Below are positions 18,212 through 26,853 of a stretch of DNA of 61,740 nt, in pieces; positions within the stretch are counted from its first letter, which is position 1, and each line of letters opens with the position of its first letter. Under the pieces are notes generated by a model. The model was not told the origin of the DNA, searched no databases, and was given only the letters and a program-made list of their open reading frames with translations. Source of the DNA: a virus (Duplodnaviria; Caudoviricetes). The stretch is taken from IMG/VR virus record IMGVR_UViG_3300029258_001356, positions 1 to 61,740 of that record; one strand, 5' to 3'. Position numbers and translations under genes: made by a program.

Positions 18212-18307
18212 GGAACTGTAGTGCAGTGGTAGCATTGGTGACGCTATTGGTGAAGTCTAACTTCACTCCTAGTATTCCAGGCTTGGGTTCGATTCCCAAC
18301 GGTTCCT
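18212..18307 (+). ncRNA. tRNA-like RNA A with elongated or intron-like anticodon domain; no encoded CCA
   Basis: Acceptor GGAACTG/CGGTTCC, D arm GTGC-AGTGGTA-GCAT, T arm TTGGG-TTCGATT-CCCAA; ~47 nt between D and T arms capped by GTGAA-GTCTAAC-TTCAC. Confidence 0.75.
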
Positions 18308-18310
18308 GCA

Positions 18311-18412
18311 CGGAGACGATACAGCGTTAAGATGGACACACCGTGGCGCCGTCAGATTCGTTGACCATATGGCTTGCAGAAGTCGATGCGGGGTTGAGTC
18401 CCCACGTCTCCG
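18311..18412 (+). ncRNA. tRNA-like RNA B (acceptor plus T-arm mimic)
   Basis: CGGAGACG/CGTCTCCG stem stacked on GGGG-TTGAGT-CCCC; non-tRNA interior. Confidence 0.6.
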
Positions 18413-18434
18413 GGATTATGATTATGAGGATAAG

Positions 18435-18716
18435 ATGATAGACAAGAAGATAATAGACGAGATGCCCCCAACTCGTAGGATAACACTTCCTAAGAGTAAA
18501 CTTAAGGGCTTCAAACTTAAGAAGAATGATAGACTGCTTAAGTTCTATATCCAAGGTGAGAATGAAGACTGGATTGGAAAAGTCTATGATTACAAAAGAC
18601 AGTGTGTCATACGTGTTCCTGAGAAGTTCTGTAAGATTAGAAAAAAGATAACTCTTTGGTTCACAGATGACATGGCTGTCAATCTGTACATCTTAAAGGA
18701 GGTAAAAAGAAGATGA
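18435..18716 (+). CDS. Hypothetical protein, possibly AbrB/SpoVT-like
   Basis: GAGGA RBS before MIDKK; RRITLPKS...LKKND and VIRVPEK strand motifs. Confidence 0.5.
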   Translation: MIDKKIIDEMPPTRRITLPKSKLKGFKLKKNDRLLKFYIQGENEDWIGKVYDYKRQCVIRVPEKFCKIRKKITLWFTDDMAVNLYILKEVKRR

Positions 18717-19168
18717 GTAAGAAAAACACAGAAGTGAAGCTGTCTTTCGATAGTAAGCAAAACATTATCTTAAGACAGATTATAACGACGCAGGAATTCA
18801 CACCAGACGAATTCCTAGCTGGCATAGCAAATGTCGGCAACCAGATAGAGGGACAGAAGAAACAACTTGAAGCGCAAGATAGAGCTAAGGAAAAGATAAA
18901 TGATACCATCGTGGAGATAGAAAAGGAACAGAAGATGATGATGGAGCTCAAGGAACAGCACTTCAAGGAGAGGGAGATACCTGCTCCACAAACTGAGGAA
19001 GATATGAATAAGTTGCAAGCAAAGAAGTTTGCGGAAGAGATAAAGCTTCAGGTACTCGAAAGTCTCAAGGATGATTCCAAAGAAGAGGCTAAACCAGAAG
19101 AAGCTAAAGAAGAAGCAAAGCCAGAGGAGAAGAAATCGGATGAACCCGAACAAGCTAACAAAGAGTGA
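18713..19168 (+). CDS. Hypothetical coiled-coil protein
   Basis: GGAGGT RBS, ATGA coupling. Confidence 0.65.
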   Translation: MSKKNTEVKLSFDSKQNIILRQIITTQEFTPDEFLAGIANVGNQIEGQKKQLEAQDRAKEKINDTIVEIEKEQKMMMELKEQHFKEREIPAPQTEEDMNKLQAKKFAEEIKLQVLESLKDDSKEEAKPEEAKEEAKPEEKKSDEPEQANKE

Positions 19169-19451
19169 GTTCGCATACCTCAGGCAAATCCCATGTGATT
19201 TGGGAAAGCTTGCAGACTTCGGAGAAAGCGGAAAGGCGGACAACGTCCGCCCCCTTTCCCGTTGTCCTAATTATGAGGAATGCTTCAGAGGCAAAGAACA
19301 TCCTCTTCAGTGCCCGCTCAAAAAGAAACTAAAGGACATGATACTCATTAAATGCGCCGAGTGCGGAAATGATTATGAAAAGTTCTTAGAGGGTTGTCCT
19401 AATTGCGAAATGGGAAATCCTCTTCTGAGTGGAATAATAGTAGAGGATTAA
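19140..19451 (+). CDS. Cys-rich Zn-binding protein
   Basis: CPNYEEC...CP...CAECG...CPNC. Confidence 0.6.
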   Translation: MNPNKLTKSEFAYLRQIPCDLGKLADFGESGKADNVRPLSRCPNYEECFRGKEHPLQCPLKKKLKDMILIKCAECGNDYEKFLEGCPNCEMGNPLLSGIIVED

Positions 19452-19452
19452 A

Positions 19453-20001
19453 ATGGCATGGGGAGACCTTCCAGCAAAAGTTAGAAAGAAGAAATTCTTC
19501 TGTACTGTTTGCAATAATGTCCGAAAGAAAGCAGGACGAAAGAAGGTTACTCTTGGTGATAAAGAAGTCTATGCTTGCACCAACTGTCTTAAGAATAAGA
19601 AAGCCGAGACAGCAGTTGTCATGACAGAAGTTAGGGAAAAGAAAGTCTTCAGTACGGAAGACATAATTAAGCTCCAAGGAAAAATAAACAATGTCGGAAG
19701 AGAGGGTAATACAGACAGGAAGCGGAATCACTTTGGGAGACGTAACTCCTCAAGAGTTCATGGATCTGGTATTCGACGTAAACCGTTCGGACAGAGACAA
19801 GATAGACGATCTGGAGAAAAAACTTTCAAAGGACCAGCGCAAAAGAGGAAAGATAACCAAGAAGCACAAAGAGAAGATAGAAGACCTCATAAAAATAGTG
19901 AGGGAAAAGCAAGAAGACATTGGTCGCCTCAGAAGCAAAACAGTAGAGTCCGAAAGAAAGGCAAAGGATTTGGAAATCCAAAACAGGGATTTAAAGATTG
20001 A
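19453..20001 (+). CDS. Zn-finger protein with long basic tail overlapping the next gene
   Basis: FCTVC...ACTNC; GAGGA RBS. Confidence 0.55.
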   Translation: MAWGDLPAKVRKKKFFCTVCNNVRKKAGRKKVTLGDKEVYACTNCLKNKKAETAVVMTEVREKKVFSTEDIIKLQGKINNVGREGNTDRKRNHFGRRNSSRVHGSGIRRKPFGQRQDRRSGEKTFKGPAQKRKDNQEAQREDRRPHKNSEGKARRHWSPQKQNSRVRKKGKGFGNPKQGFKD

Positions 20002-20416
20002 CAATTCCCGTCTGAAAGAAAAAATAAAAGGTCTGTACAAGGACCTGAAGATAAGAGACCAGGAACTATTGAGACTCCGTCAATCGAAAGTCAAATATAT
20101 CGAGACTGATACTTCGGAATATCTGAAGAAAATCAAAGACCTTGAGTTTTCAGTAGAGAATCTTAATCAGACGATATCTGATAAGATTCATGAGAAGATG
20201 AAGCTCACTTCTACGATTTCAGATATGAAAAAAGAAATAGATTCATATAGAAAATCAGTATCAAGGCTGGAAGCCGAGAGAGCCCGTATGCGGGACCAAC
20301 ATAAAGGGGATATGAATACCCAAAAAGATAAAATAGAGGACCTCAGCGAGCAGCTAAACGCTGCTAGGCGGGGAATATGGCCATCACTTAAAGAGTGGCT
20401 TATACGCCATCTCTGA
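19691..20416 (+). CDS. Long coiled-coil protein
   Basis: Continuous heptad pattern over ~190 aa; amphipathic C-terminus. Confidence 0.7.
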   Translation: MSEERVIQTGSGITLGDVTPQEFMDLVFDVNRSDRDKIDDLEKKLSKDQRKRGKITKKHKEKIEDLIKIVREKQEDIGRLRSKTVESERKAKDLEIQNRDLKIDNSRLKEKIKGLYKDLKIRDQELLRLRQSKVKYIETDTSEYLKKIKDLEFSVENLNQTISDKIHEKMKLTSTISDMKKEIDSYRKSVSRLEAERARMRDQHKGDMNTQKDKIEDLSEQLNAARRGIWPSLKEWLIRHL

Positions 20417-20435
20417 GGGCTTAGGAGGAACGCAA

Positions 20436-20771
20436 ATGACTAAATATAAGGTGAAGGTGAAGCTGTGGGCAAACAGCATAATCCGGACAGAAGAACGAGA
20501 CCCAGTGAGCAAGAGGATAACGCACCCACATGCAATTCTACCAGCTAGGAAAGTGGTCGAACGGCTAGTTGGAATGACAGGAGCTGCACAGCCAGCCGAA
20601 GTATATAAGGCACAAAATCTAGCTCAGATCAATGAGGTAGAGAATAAAAACTATGACCCTAGGATGTCATTCGATGAGTTTATCGAAGTCCTCCATAAGG
20701 AAGGAGTCATTGAGATACTAGAAAGAATCGAAGAAGAAGAAAATAAAGAAGAAGCCAAGCCGAAGGCTTGA
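20436..20771 (+). CDS. Hypothetical protein (last gene of + arm)
   Basis: AGGAGG RBS. Confidence 0.65.
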   Translation: MTKYKVKVKLWANSIIRTEERDPVSKRITHPHAILPARKVVERLVGMTGAAQPAEVYKAQNLAQINEVENKNYDPRMSFDEFIEVLHKEGVIEILERIEEEENKEEAKPKA

Positions 20772-20870
20772 CGACTTCCTGATAGGAGAGGTGCTCTAGA
20801 CATAGCCTAGAACTCCCAATAATAATACCCTTTCGTGGTTTATTAATCTTCTCCAAGCTTAGAGAGTGTC

Positions 20871-21158
20871 TTAATATCCGCGAAAGAATGCTTCTACGCT
20901 CTGTTTGTTACGGAATATCTCCTGTATCTCATTCTTAATCTTATCTGCTCCAGCGAACACTCCTGCTGCAAGTGCGACTTTGAACGAAACGTCTACTCCG
21001 AAATACTGTGCGACAAAAACACAAACACCAGCGATGACTCCTACCCTCAAGATCCTCTCCATGGTTCTATACCAAGGAAATTCTCTTAGCTTGAGTCTCT
21101 TATCTCTGACCCAAATATATCCCGCGGCTATCTTCTGTGGTATGGTTTTCCAATTCAT
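20871..21158 (-). CDS. Holin-like membrane protein
   Basis: Two hydrophobic segments; end of late operon. Confidence 0.5.
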   Translation of the reverse strand: MNWKTIPQKIAAGYIWVRDKRLKLREFPWYRTMERILRVGVIAGVCVFVAQYFGVDVSFKVALAAGVFAGADKIKNEIQEIFRNKQSVEAFFRGY

Positions 21159-21391
21159 ATTATACCTCCTACTTTTAATATAATCGTAATGGCAATGCCA
21201 AGAACCCCACTAGCACTTATAACTCCTACTGCACCCTTGAATCTGTTTATGAATGTCTCATGCTTTTGAACTTTTCCATTGATGGCTTTGAAATGGTCAT
21301 CAGCTCCTTCTTTCCATTTGTCATCATATTCGACATAGTCCTTGAACTCTTGTCTAAATGCGGCTAGTGTGGCTGTTTCTTTTTTATTCAT
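21155..21391 (-). CDS. Small coiled-coil plus C-terminal TM protein (lysis-associated, XhlA-like layout)
   Basis: INGKVQKHE followed by a hydrophobic C-terminus; ATGA coupling. Confidence 0.55.
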   Translation of the reverse strand: MNKKETATLAAFRQEFKDYVEYDDKWKEGADDHFKAINGKVQKHETFINRFKGAVGVISASGVLGIAITIILKVGGII

Positions 21392-22242
21392 CGTCTTGGT
21401 ATTATCCTCACATTCTTTAGGTTCTTTTTAAAACTGTTCTCGGCTACACCTGTTTCAAATGTATGCCAAGCCCCATAGTCATTGAATGAGAACCAAACAT
21501 CCTTGATTCCAATTTTATCACTAGAATCATTTGACTTAGGCAATTCATTAAAGGTTCTTGGAATCATAGATATTGGTGTTGTTGAATTCATATGTCTCCA
21601 AGTAACAAGATCGTCAGATAGTGGATAAAATGTCGAATGACCAAAGTCTTCCCATGTCAAACCACAAACTGCCCTAAGTCTCCATGATGGAACTCCGGCT
21701 GCTATCATATGAGATATTAGTGAATGAGTATAATCTTCACAGTCTCCTTTCCTCTTAGCCATCATCTCGTATGGGAAAAGCCAAAGCTCTGGTATCTTAA
21801 ATGTCTGTTCGTCATAAGCATATGAAAAGTACTTCTGCTGATGCCATCTGTATATCTTCAACATATCATCGTCACACTTAAGAGGATCTTTGACGAGAAG
21901 GTTATAGTTCCTTACATTATTCTGTATTACCCTATCCCTTGGGGTAATAAAGAGTCTTACATCCATCTCTAACATCTCTCTTGGTGATAATGGATAAGGT
22001 CTTCCTCTATAGAAGATGTCTGCCATAGGCTTTCTGTTGTCCCAGTATATCTTCCTTGGATGATTGTTAACAATCTCTTTATTACGCAATGCCTTCAATT
22101 CGGAATTGAGTTCATCTATCTGAGTAAGAGCACTAGAATATCTTTCTTGATAATACTCTGATGTCTTTCTACATTCTCCAATCTGTGCACTGAATCCATA
22201 TGCTCGATCGAACATATCTTTGATAAATTCTTTAAAGCTCAT
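21388..22242 (-). CDS. Transglutaminase-like cysteine protease (putative envelope-degrading lysin)
   Basis: KGDCEDY, FGHST, HMNST give a Cys-His-Asn triad; N-terminal coiled coil; next to membrane proteins. Confidence 0.7.
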   Translation of the reverse strand: MSFKEFIKDMFDRAYGFSAQIGECRKTSEYYQERYSSALTQIDELNSELKALRNKEIVNNHPRKIYWDNRKPMADIFYRGRPYPLSPREMLEMDVRLFITPRDRVIQNNVRNYNLLVKDPLKCDDDMLKIYRWHQQKYFSYAYDEQTFKIPELWLFPYEMMAKRKGDCEDYTHSLISHMIAAGVPSWRLRAVCGLTWEDFGHSTFYPLSDDLVTWRHMNSTTPISMIPRTFNELPKSNDSSDKIGIKDVWFSFNDYGAWHTFETGVAENSFKKNLKNVRIIPRR

Positions 22243-22829
22243 ACAATATACACCTCATAATTTAGTCTCCCTCCGCTGGAGCCAGTCTCTTTTAGTTCAA
22301 TTAGTTGTTCTTCTGTTGTATTATTAATGTAAGTGGTAATGTCCAGTAGACCAGTATCCCATTCTGTTGTTCCGTCACTTCCCCAATCCGAACCTGTCCA
22401 TTCCGGCATTGTGTTTGGGTCTCCTATGTCTGTGGTTCGATCCGTGCCATTTATCCATATCTCTGTATTCTTTGGAACAGCAGTTGTAGCTATTCCATCT
22501 GCAGGATGACTGTGTCCTCCACCACTTCCAGAAGGACAGAATCCTGTACCAATAGAAACTAGAAGGACTGGATGAGTATGATTTCCTACACTTGGATGAC
22601 CATGTGTAATGTTTCCAGGTCTTCCAAATACTAATCCTCTAACTCTTAAATAAACATGCCTATAGTTATTGAAGTCTGCTGGAGTATATGTTCTAATGTC
22701 CATTATGTGAAAGTAGATTCTCTCGCTTGCTGACCCACTATCACCAACTAACCTTATCCCATTAACACATAGAGGACGATTGTTCATGAACTTCGCATAT
22801 ACTGTTTCATTATCTGCAAGCAATGCCAT
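22239..22829 (-). CDS. Tail-tip/spike paralogue 3 (HxH motifs)
   Basis: KFMNNRPL, THGH, NHTH, GHSH, WDTGLLDIT. Confidence 0.65.
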   Translation of the reverse strand: MALLADNETVYAKFMNNRPLCVNGIRLVGDSGSASERIYFHIMDIRTYTPADFNNYRHVYLRVRGLVFGRPGNITHGHPSVGNHTHPVLLVSIGTGFCPSGSGGGHSHPADGIATTAVPKNTEIWINGTDRTTDIGDPNTMPEWTGSDWGSDGTTEWDTGLLDITTYINNTTEEQLIELKETGSSGGRLNYEVYIV

Positions 22830-23419
22830 TATGTTATGTAAAGACAGTATTGAACTCTACCGCCTTCTCCTCCTGTTTCTTTGATTGTGATATAATGATC
22901 TTGCACTGTTGGGTCTACATAATCTGTGATGTCTAGTCTTCCTGTGCTCCATTCATTAGTCCCGTCGTCTCCCCATCCGTCTACTGTATCATAGTGAGTC
23001 TTACTATTAGGATTGCCTATGTCTAATGTTCTTTCTGTACCATCAATCCATATCTCAACATGCTTAGGAACTACCGTAGGATCTAAACCAGCATTACCGT
23101 GACCGTGTGACGGATTAGTTCCAGAGGTTCCCGCTGCATACTCTGATGGAGTACAAGGGTGAGTATGATTTCCTACACTTGGGTGCACGTGAGATTCTTC
23201 GGGGTATCCTCCACCTGCGTACCCATACAAGAATAAGAGAACCTGTCTAAAGCTGACATAGAAACTTCCATCCCATAACGCACCAGTTTCCATTATGTGA
23301 AAGTAGAAGGTATGTTCGGAGGTTCCTGTCCCATCCATAACTACCTCATCTGATATACTGAGTGGCCTATTATTCATGAACTTTGAGCCATATGTTTCGT
23401 TGGTTGTTATGAGTGCCAT
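22829..23419 (-). CDS. Tail-tip/spike paralogue 2 (start revised to 23419)
   Basis: MALITTNETYGSKFMNNRPL aligns with its neighbours; TAATG coupling. Confidence 0.65.
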   Translation of the reverse strand: MALITTNETYGSKFMNNRPLSISDEVVMDGTGTSEHTFYFHIMETGALWDGSFYVSFRQVLLFLYGYAGGGYPEESHVHPSVGNHTHPCTPSEYAAGTSGTNPSHGHGNAGLDPTVVPKHVEIWIDGTERTLDIGNPNSKTHYDTVDGWGDDGTNEWSTGRLDITDYVDPTVQDHYITIKETGGEGGRVQYCLYIT

Positions 23420-24000
23420 TATACCAAATACAAGTTGAACAACAACTTGCCTCCATTTCCTCCAGTCTCCTGGAATTCTATATAGTGATCTTGAACTGTC
23501 AAGTCTACATAAGCTGTAATGTCTAGTCTGCCAGTATCCCATTCTACTCCTGTGTTATTACCCCAGTCATTTCCTGTTGAGTCCCACATAGTTGCTGGCT
23601 TAGTATTAGGATTTCCTATTGCTGCTGTTCGATCCGTACCATCTATGATAATCTTTACAGACTGTGGAATAACACTTGTAGCCAATCCTTGTGAACCATG
23701 CCCATGCCCTCCAGCTGACCCAGATGAGTGAGGTCCGCTTAGTCCTGGATTATGTGTGTGACCTCCTGTATTTGATATGGCGTGTTGCCTTACAGCTATC
23801 TCTCCTAATTGTTTACCATACACCCAAAGGTAGACGGCTCTAATAGTATTACTTGCTCCTGTCTCCATCAGTGTGAAATGATAGATGTTTGAATTAGGAG
23901 GAGAAGTAGCAGAGAAGTTACAGACCCCATTAACACTCATGGGCCTATTGTTCAGATACTTCGCGTACGTGTATTCCCCATATCTTAGTAGTTCTGCCAT
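23419..24000 (-). CDS. Tail-tip/spike paralogue 1
   Basis: KYLNNRPM, GHTH, GHGH, WDTGRLDIT. Confidence 0.65.
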   Translation of the reverse strand: MAELLRYGEYTYAKYLNNRPMSVNGVCNFSATSPPNSNIYHFTLMETGASNTIRAVYLWVYGKQLGEIAVRQHAISNTGGHTHNPGLSGPHSSGSAGGHGHGSQGLATSVIPQSVKIIIDGTDRTAAIGNPNTKPATMWDSTGNDWGNNTGVEWDTGRLDITAYVDLTVQDHYIEFQETGGNGGKLLFNLYLV

Positions 24001-24902
24001 TATATAGTATTGTCTGCCTCGTCTGTTATTATATATGTTATCTCGTCTGTACTTGATTTAGAGATAGCGTTGTGAACGTCATGACTTCCAATTTGGACCG
24101 GAGAGTCTTGATTGGCTGTCACTATTTCTGTTATAAGGTATCCATTAGCCTCTAATGAGTTAACATAACACTTCGTGACTCGTCTCTTATTAACTTCATC
24201 GAACTCAACTGTAAGGATAGACTTGTAATAGTCATCAGCACTTACTAGATGCCAGTAGTCCATAATGACATCATCTGATGTAAATGTATCAGCTGCAAGA
24301 GTAGTCGTTAGTCTTATTTGAAGATAGTCAAGTGCTGTAAGAACCGGAGAGCCCGTTGTAGACATAGATGATATTGGGGATTTGATAAGGTTCCAACCAT
24401 CTATAAGCTCACTTTTGTTCTTCGATAAGGAATAATAATTGGCGTTGTCACTTCCAAACCTAAGAACTAAACAACCCGATGTAGCAAACTTATCTAGTGT
24501 TGTAGCGTCTTTTATATAGAACCACATGAAGAAATCTTTGTCAGTTCCATCTAGTGCTGCACCCAATGTCTTTTCCCAAGTTGCCAATGTTCCACTATTA
24601 TCCTTTGGAATCTCAAGAGATGTAACATCTCCTTTTCCTTCCTTGAATGTGACTGTGTTTGTAGCCTCAGCAAGACCTGCTCCTCCCTGAGTCCAATCTG
24701 CTGCATTACAGTGGTCAATCAATTCTACATTAACTTCATTGATTGGAACACCTATCTCAGTGTCTGTATCAGTTATAGCCGGAGTTGTTGTTCCTGCACC
24801 TATTTTAAACTGATCTAGTGGGGTCTTGTCTGGAGTTGCCATAGACGATCTATTCAGTTCTACGTTTACTCCTTGGTTTGTAAATTCTCCTCCGTTTGCC
24901 AT
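24000..24902 (-). CDS. Baseplate/upper tail-fibre protein with inserted carbohydrate-binding-like domain
   Basis: FTNQG...IGAGTTTP...EANG..ITEI...KSSTDEI framework; insertion with GWN motif. Confidence 0.55.
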   Translation of the reverse strand: MANGGEFTNQGVNVELNRSSMATPDKTPLDQFKIGAGTTTPAITDTDTEIGVPINEVNVELIDHCNAADWTQGGAGLAEATNTVTFKEGKGDVTSLEIPKDNSGTLATWEKTLGAALDGTDKDFFMWFYIKDATTLDKFATSGCLVLRFGSDNANYYSLSKNKSELIDGWNLIKSPISSMSTTGSPVLTALDYLQIRLTTTLAADTFTSDDVIMDYWHLVSADDYYKSILTVEFDEVNKRRVTKCYVNSLEANGYLITEIVTANQDSPVQIGSHDVHNAISKSSTDEITYIITDEADNTI

Positions 24903-24913
24903 TATGATTCCTC

Positions 24914-26431
24914 CTAGTATGTTGTATCAATTATTGTTACGTCTCCGCCTCTTCTATTTCCGGCTTTGACTACATCTGCTCCTGAGTTTGCAGGATTTGG
25001 ATTATCAGCTATGAAGCTATCATTAATTGCATTTCCAATAGCTTGAATTCTTTGTCTTTTTTTACCATATCTATGATTGAGTGTTTTTGTCTGCTGAACA
25101 AGATCTTGGTTCTCTGCTTGCTCCTTAAGAAGCTTCTTAATGTTTCTTTCAACATTGAATTGCCATTGTTCTGTCTTCCAATCTTCTTCTCCGATGAAAA
25201 TCTTATCATTCTTATGAGGATAAGTCTTAACAACTTTATGAACAACAAAGTTATCATTTATAGTCTCACTGTTCTTGTTATCAACAATATGAACCATATC
25301 ACCTGGAGCAATAGGTTGTATTGCAAGTTGTGCATTTGATAATGGAAATGATGTAGACCTGAACGGCTCTTTATATAATTCTATATACTGAATGGCATAT
25401 ATCTGAGCGTCAGCAACTGTTCTTGCATCTGTAACATTTATCTCTTTTTCATTTGGAGTCTTGTCTGGTCCACCATAAGTATCAATTGAATCGTCATCTT
25501 GAACAACAACAGGAATCGGAACCTGAGCTCCATACCTTATCCAAATGTTAGACCTTGATGATGTGAATGTAAGCTTCTTTGTATCTCTGTCTACAGAGTA
25601 ATCATAAGTACTAGTCGACCCGGCTATACCCCTAGTTAATAACGTTCCTGTCTGTCCTCCAATTCTAACCTCTGTATCTTCTGGTGTCTTTGCAAGATCA
25701 AATTCTGTTCCTGGTCCGGCAAATGATTCTACTATCTTGTCATACTGAGTAGCACCATTAACTGTTATCTTGTTGACAAGCTGTTGTGCATTCTTTCTCC
25801 ACTTAGGAACAATTGTTATCTGGTCTCCGACAGTAAGTGTATCTGGATAGACATTCTCGCCTTTAGGTCTAAATTCTACCTTCCCTAGTGCAGGACTATA
25901 TCTTACGAAATATCCAACGAGATTCGCTAGTTGCCACCCCTTGTCATATACGTCTTCACCCATAGCTATAAACTTATCAAGTTTGTTAGTTACTCCAGTA
26001 CTTGTAACGCTTGTGTCATCTGCAACTAATGGAGTCCATACATTTATCATATCTTTGAAAATCTCGGATATTACGCCACCAGATGGATCGTTATTTATGT
26101 CATAGGAGTATGTGATGTTAGCCTTGATAGCTTCAACTAATTTATCCTTACACTTAAATGTTACTACAGTTCTATGTGAGGACCAATCATCTATCTCTCC
26201 TTCAAATACAAACTCATCTGTAGCTGTAACAAATCCTCTCTTGATTGTTATAACAGAACCAGTCTCAATTGGAAGAATACTAAAGATATTTGGTTTGAAA
26301 GAAACGTCAGCTATGGATACGGCATTATCTGAATCATCTTCAACTTTCCAAGCGTCTGACCCTCGGGGCTTAGCTAGATAAGATGTAACAACCGATCCAT
26401 TAATCCTGACTTCTGTCTTCATAATTCCCAT
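24914..26431 (-). CDS. Tail hub / Tal-like baseplate protein
   Basis: Position after Dit; VFEGEI, NKITVNG, DSIDTYG, PGDMV motifs. Confidence 0.65.
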   Translation of the reverse strand: MGIMKTEVRINGSVVTSYLAKPRGSDAWKVEDDSDNAVSIADVSFKPNIFSILPIETGSVITIKRGFVTATDEFVFEGEIDDWSSHRTVVTFKCKDKLVEAIKANITYSYDINNDPSGGVISEIFKDMINVWTPLVADDTSVTSTGVTNKLDKFIAMGEDVYDKGWQLANLVGYFVRYSPALGKVEFRPKGENVYPDTLTVGDQITIVPKWRKNAQQLVNKITVNGATQYDKIVESFAGPGTEFDLAKTPEDTEVRIGGQTGTLLTRGIAGSTSTYDYSVDRDTKKLTFTSSRSNIWIRYGAQVPIPVVVQDDDSIDTYGGPDKTPNEKEINVTDARTVADAQIYAIQYIELYKEPFRSTSFPLSNAQLAIQPIAPGDMVHIVDNKNSETINDNFVVHKVVKTYPHKNDKIFIGEEDWKTEQWQFNVERNIKKLLKEQAENQDLVQQTKTLNHRYGKKRQRIQAIGNAINDSFIADNPNPANSGADVVKAGNRRGGDVTIIDTTY

Positions 26432-26853
26432 TAGACTTCTTGTTTCCCGGTGATGACCTTTAGCCTGTAATTATATCTATTGAATCCTGGAGCTTCCCAG
26501 TCGCCATCAAAATCAACAACTTTAACGTGAAGTGTTTTGGTTGCTGCACTTGTACCATAGTCAGTATTGTTAACTACAAAGTTACTAACTAACTCATAGG
26601 TCGTTTCCTGATCTCCGTCTATCAATGCTTCGATATCAAATATCTTTTCTTGTATGGAATCGAAAGTTCCTGTTATTACTCCTGAGACTTCTAAGAACTT
26701 TATTGTTCCAAGCATATCTACCATTTCTGTCTCATCTGAGTCTGCTCCAGGAGTTTCTATAGGAACGATGTTAGCTCCTTTCTTATTCCTCCACCCAGTA
26801 ACAGTTCCAATGTTTTCTCCATTAAGTGTTATAGTAAAGCTCAATATGAACAC
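26431..26853 (-). CDS. Distal tail protein-like (start may be TTG at 26844)
   Basis: Follows the tape measure gene; beta-rich, ~140 aa. Confidence 0.5.
   Translation of the reverse strand: MFILSFTITLNGENIGTVTGWRNKKGANIVPIETPGADSDETEMVDMLGTIKFLEVSGVITGTFDSIQEKIFDIEALIDGDQETTYELVSNFVVNNTDYGTSAATKTLHVKVVDFDGDWEAPGFNRYNYRLKVITGKQEV

Noticed and set aside
18251-18266. Genome-wide amber (TAG) recoding suggested by the CUA loop
   Set aside because: TAG ends well-defined genes (5594-5596, 7194-7196, 8631-8633) followed by new starts, and core genes are intact in the standard code
22239-24000. Diversity-generating retroelement acting on the tail-tip paralogues
   Set aside because: No reverse transcriptase was recognised, and the copies differ throughout rather than only at adenines
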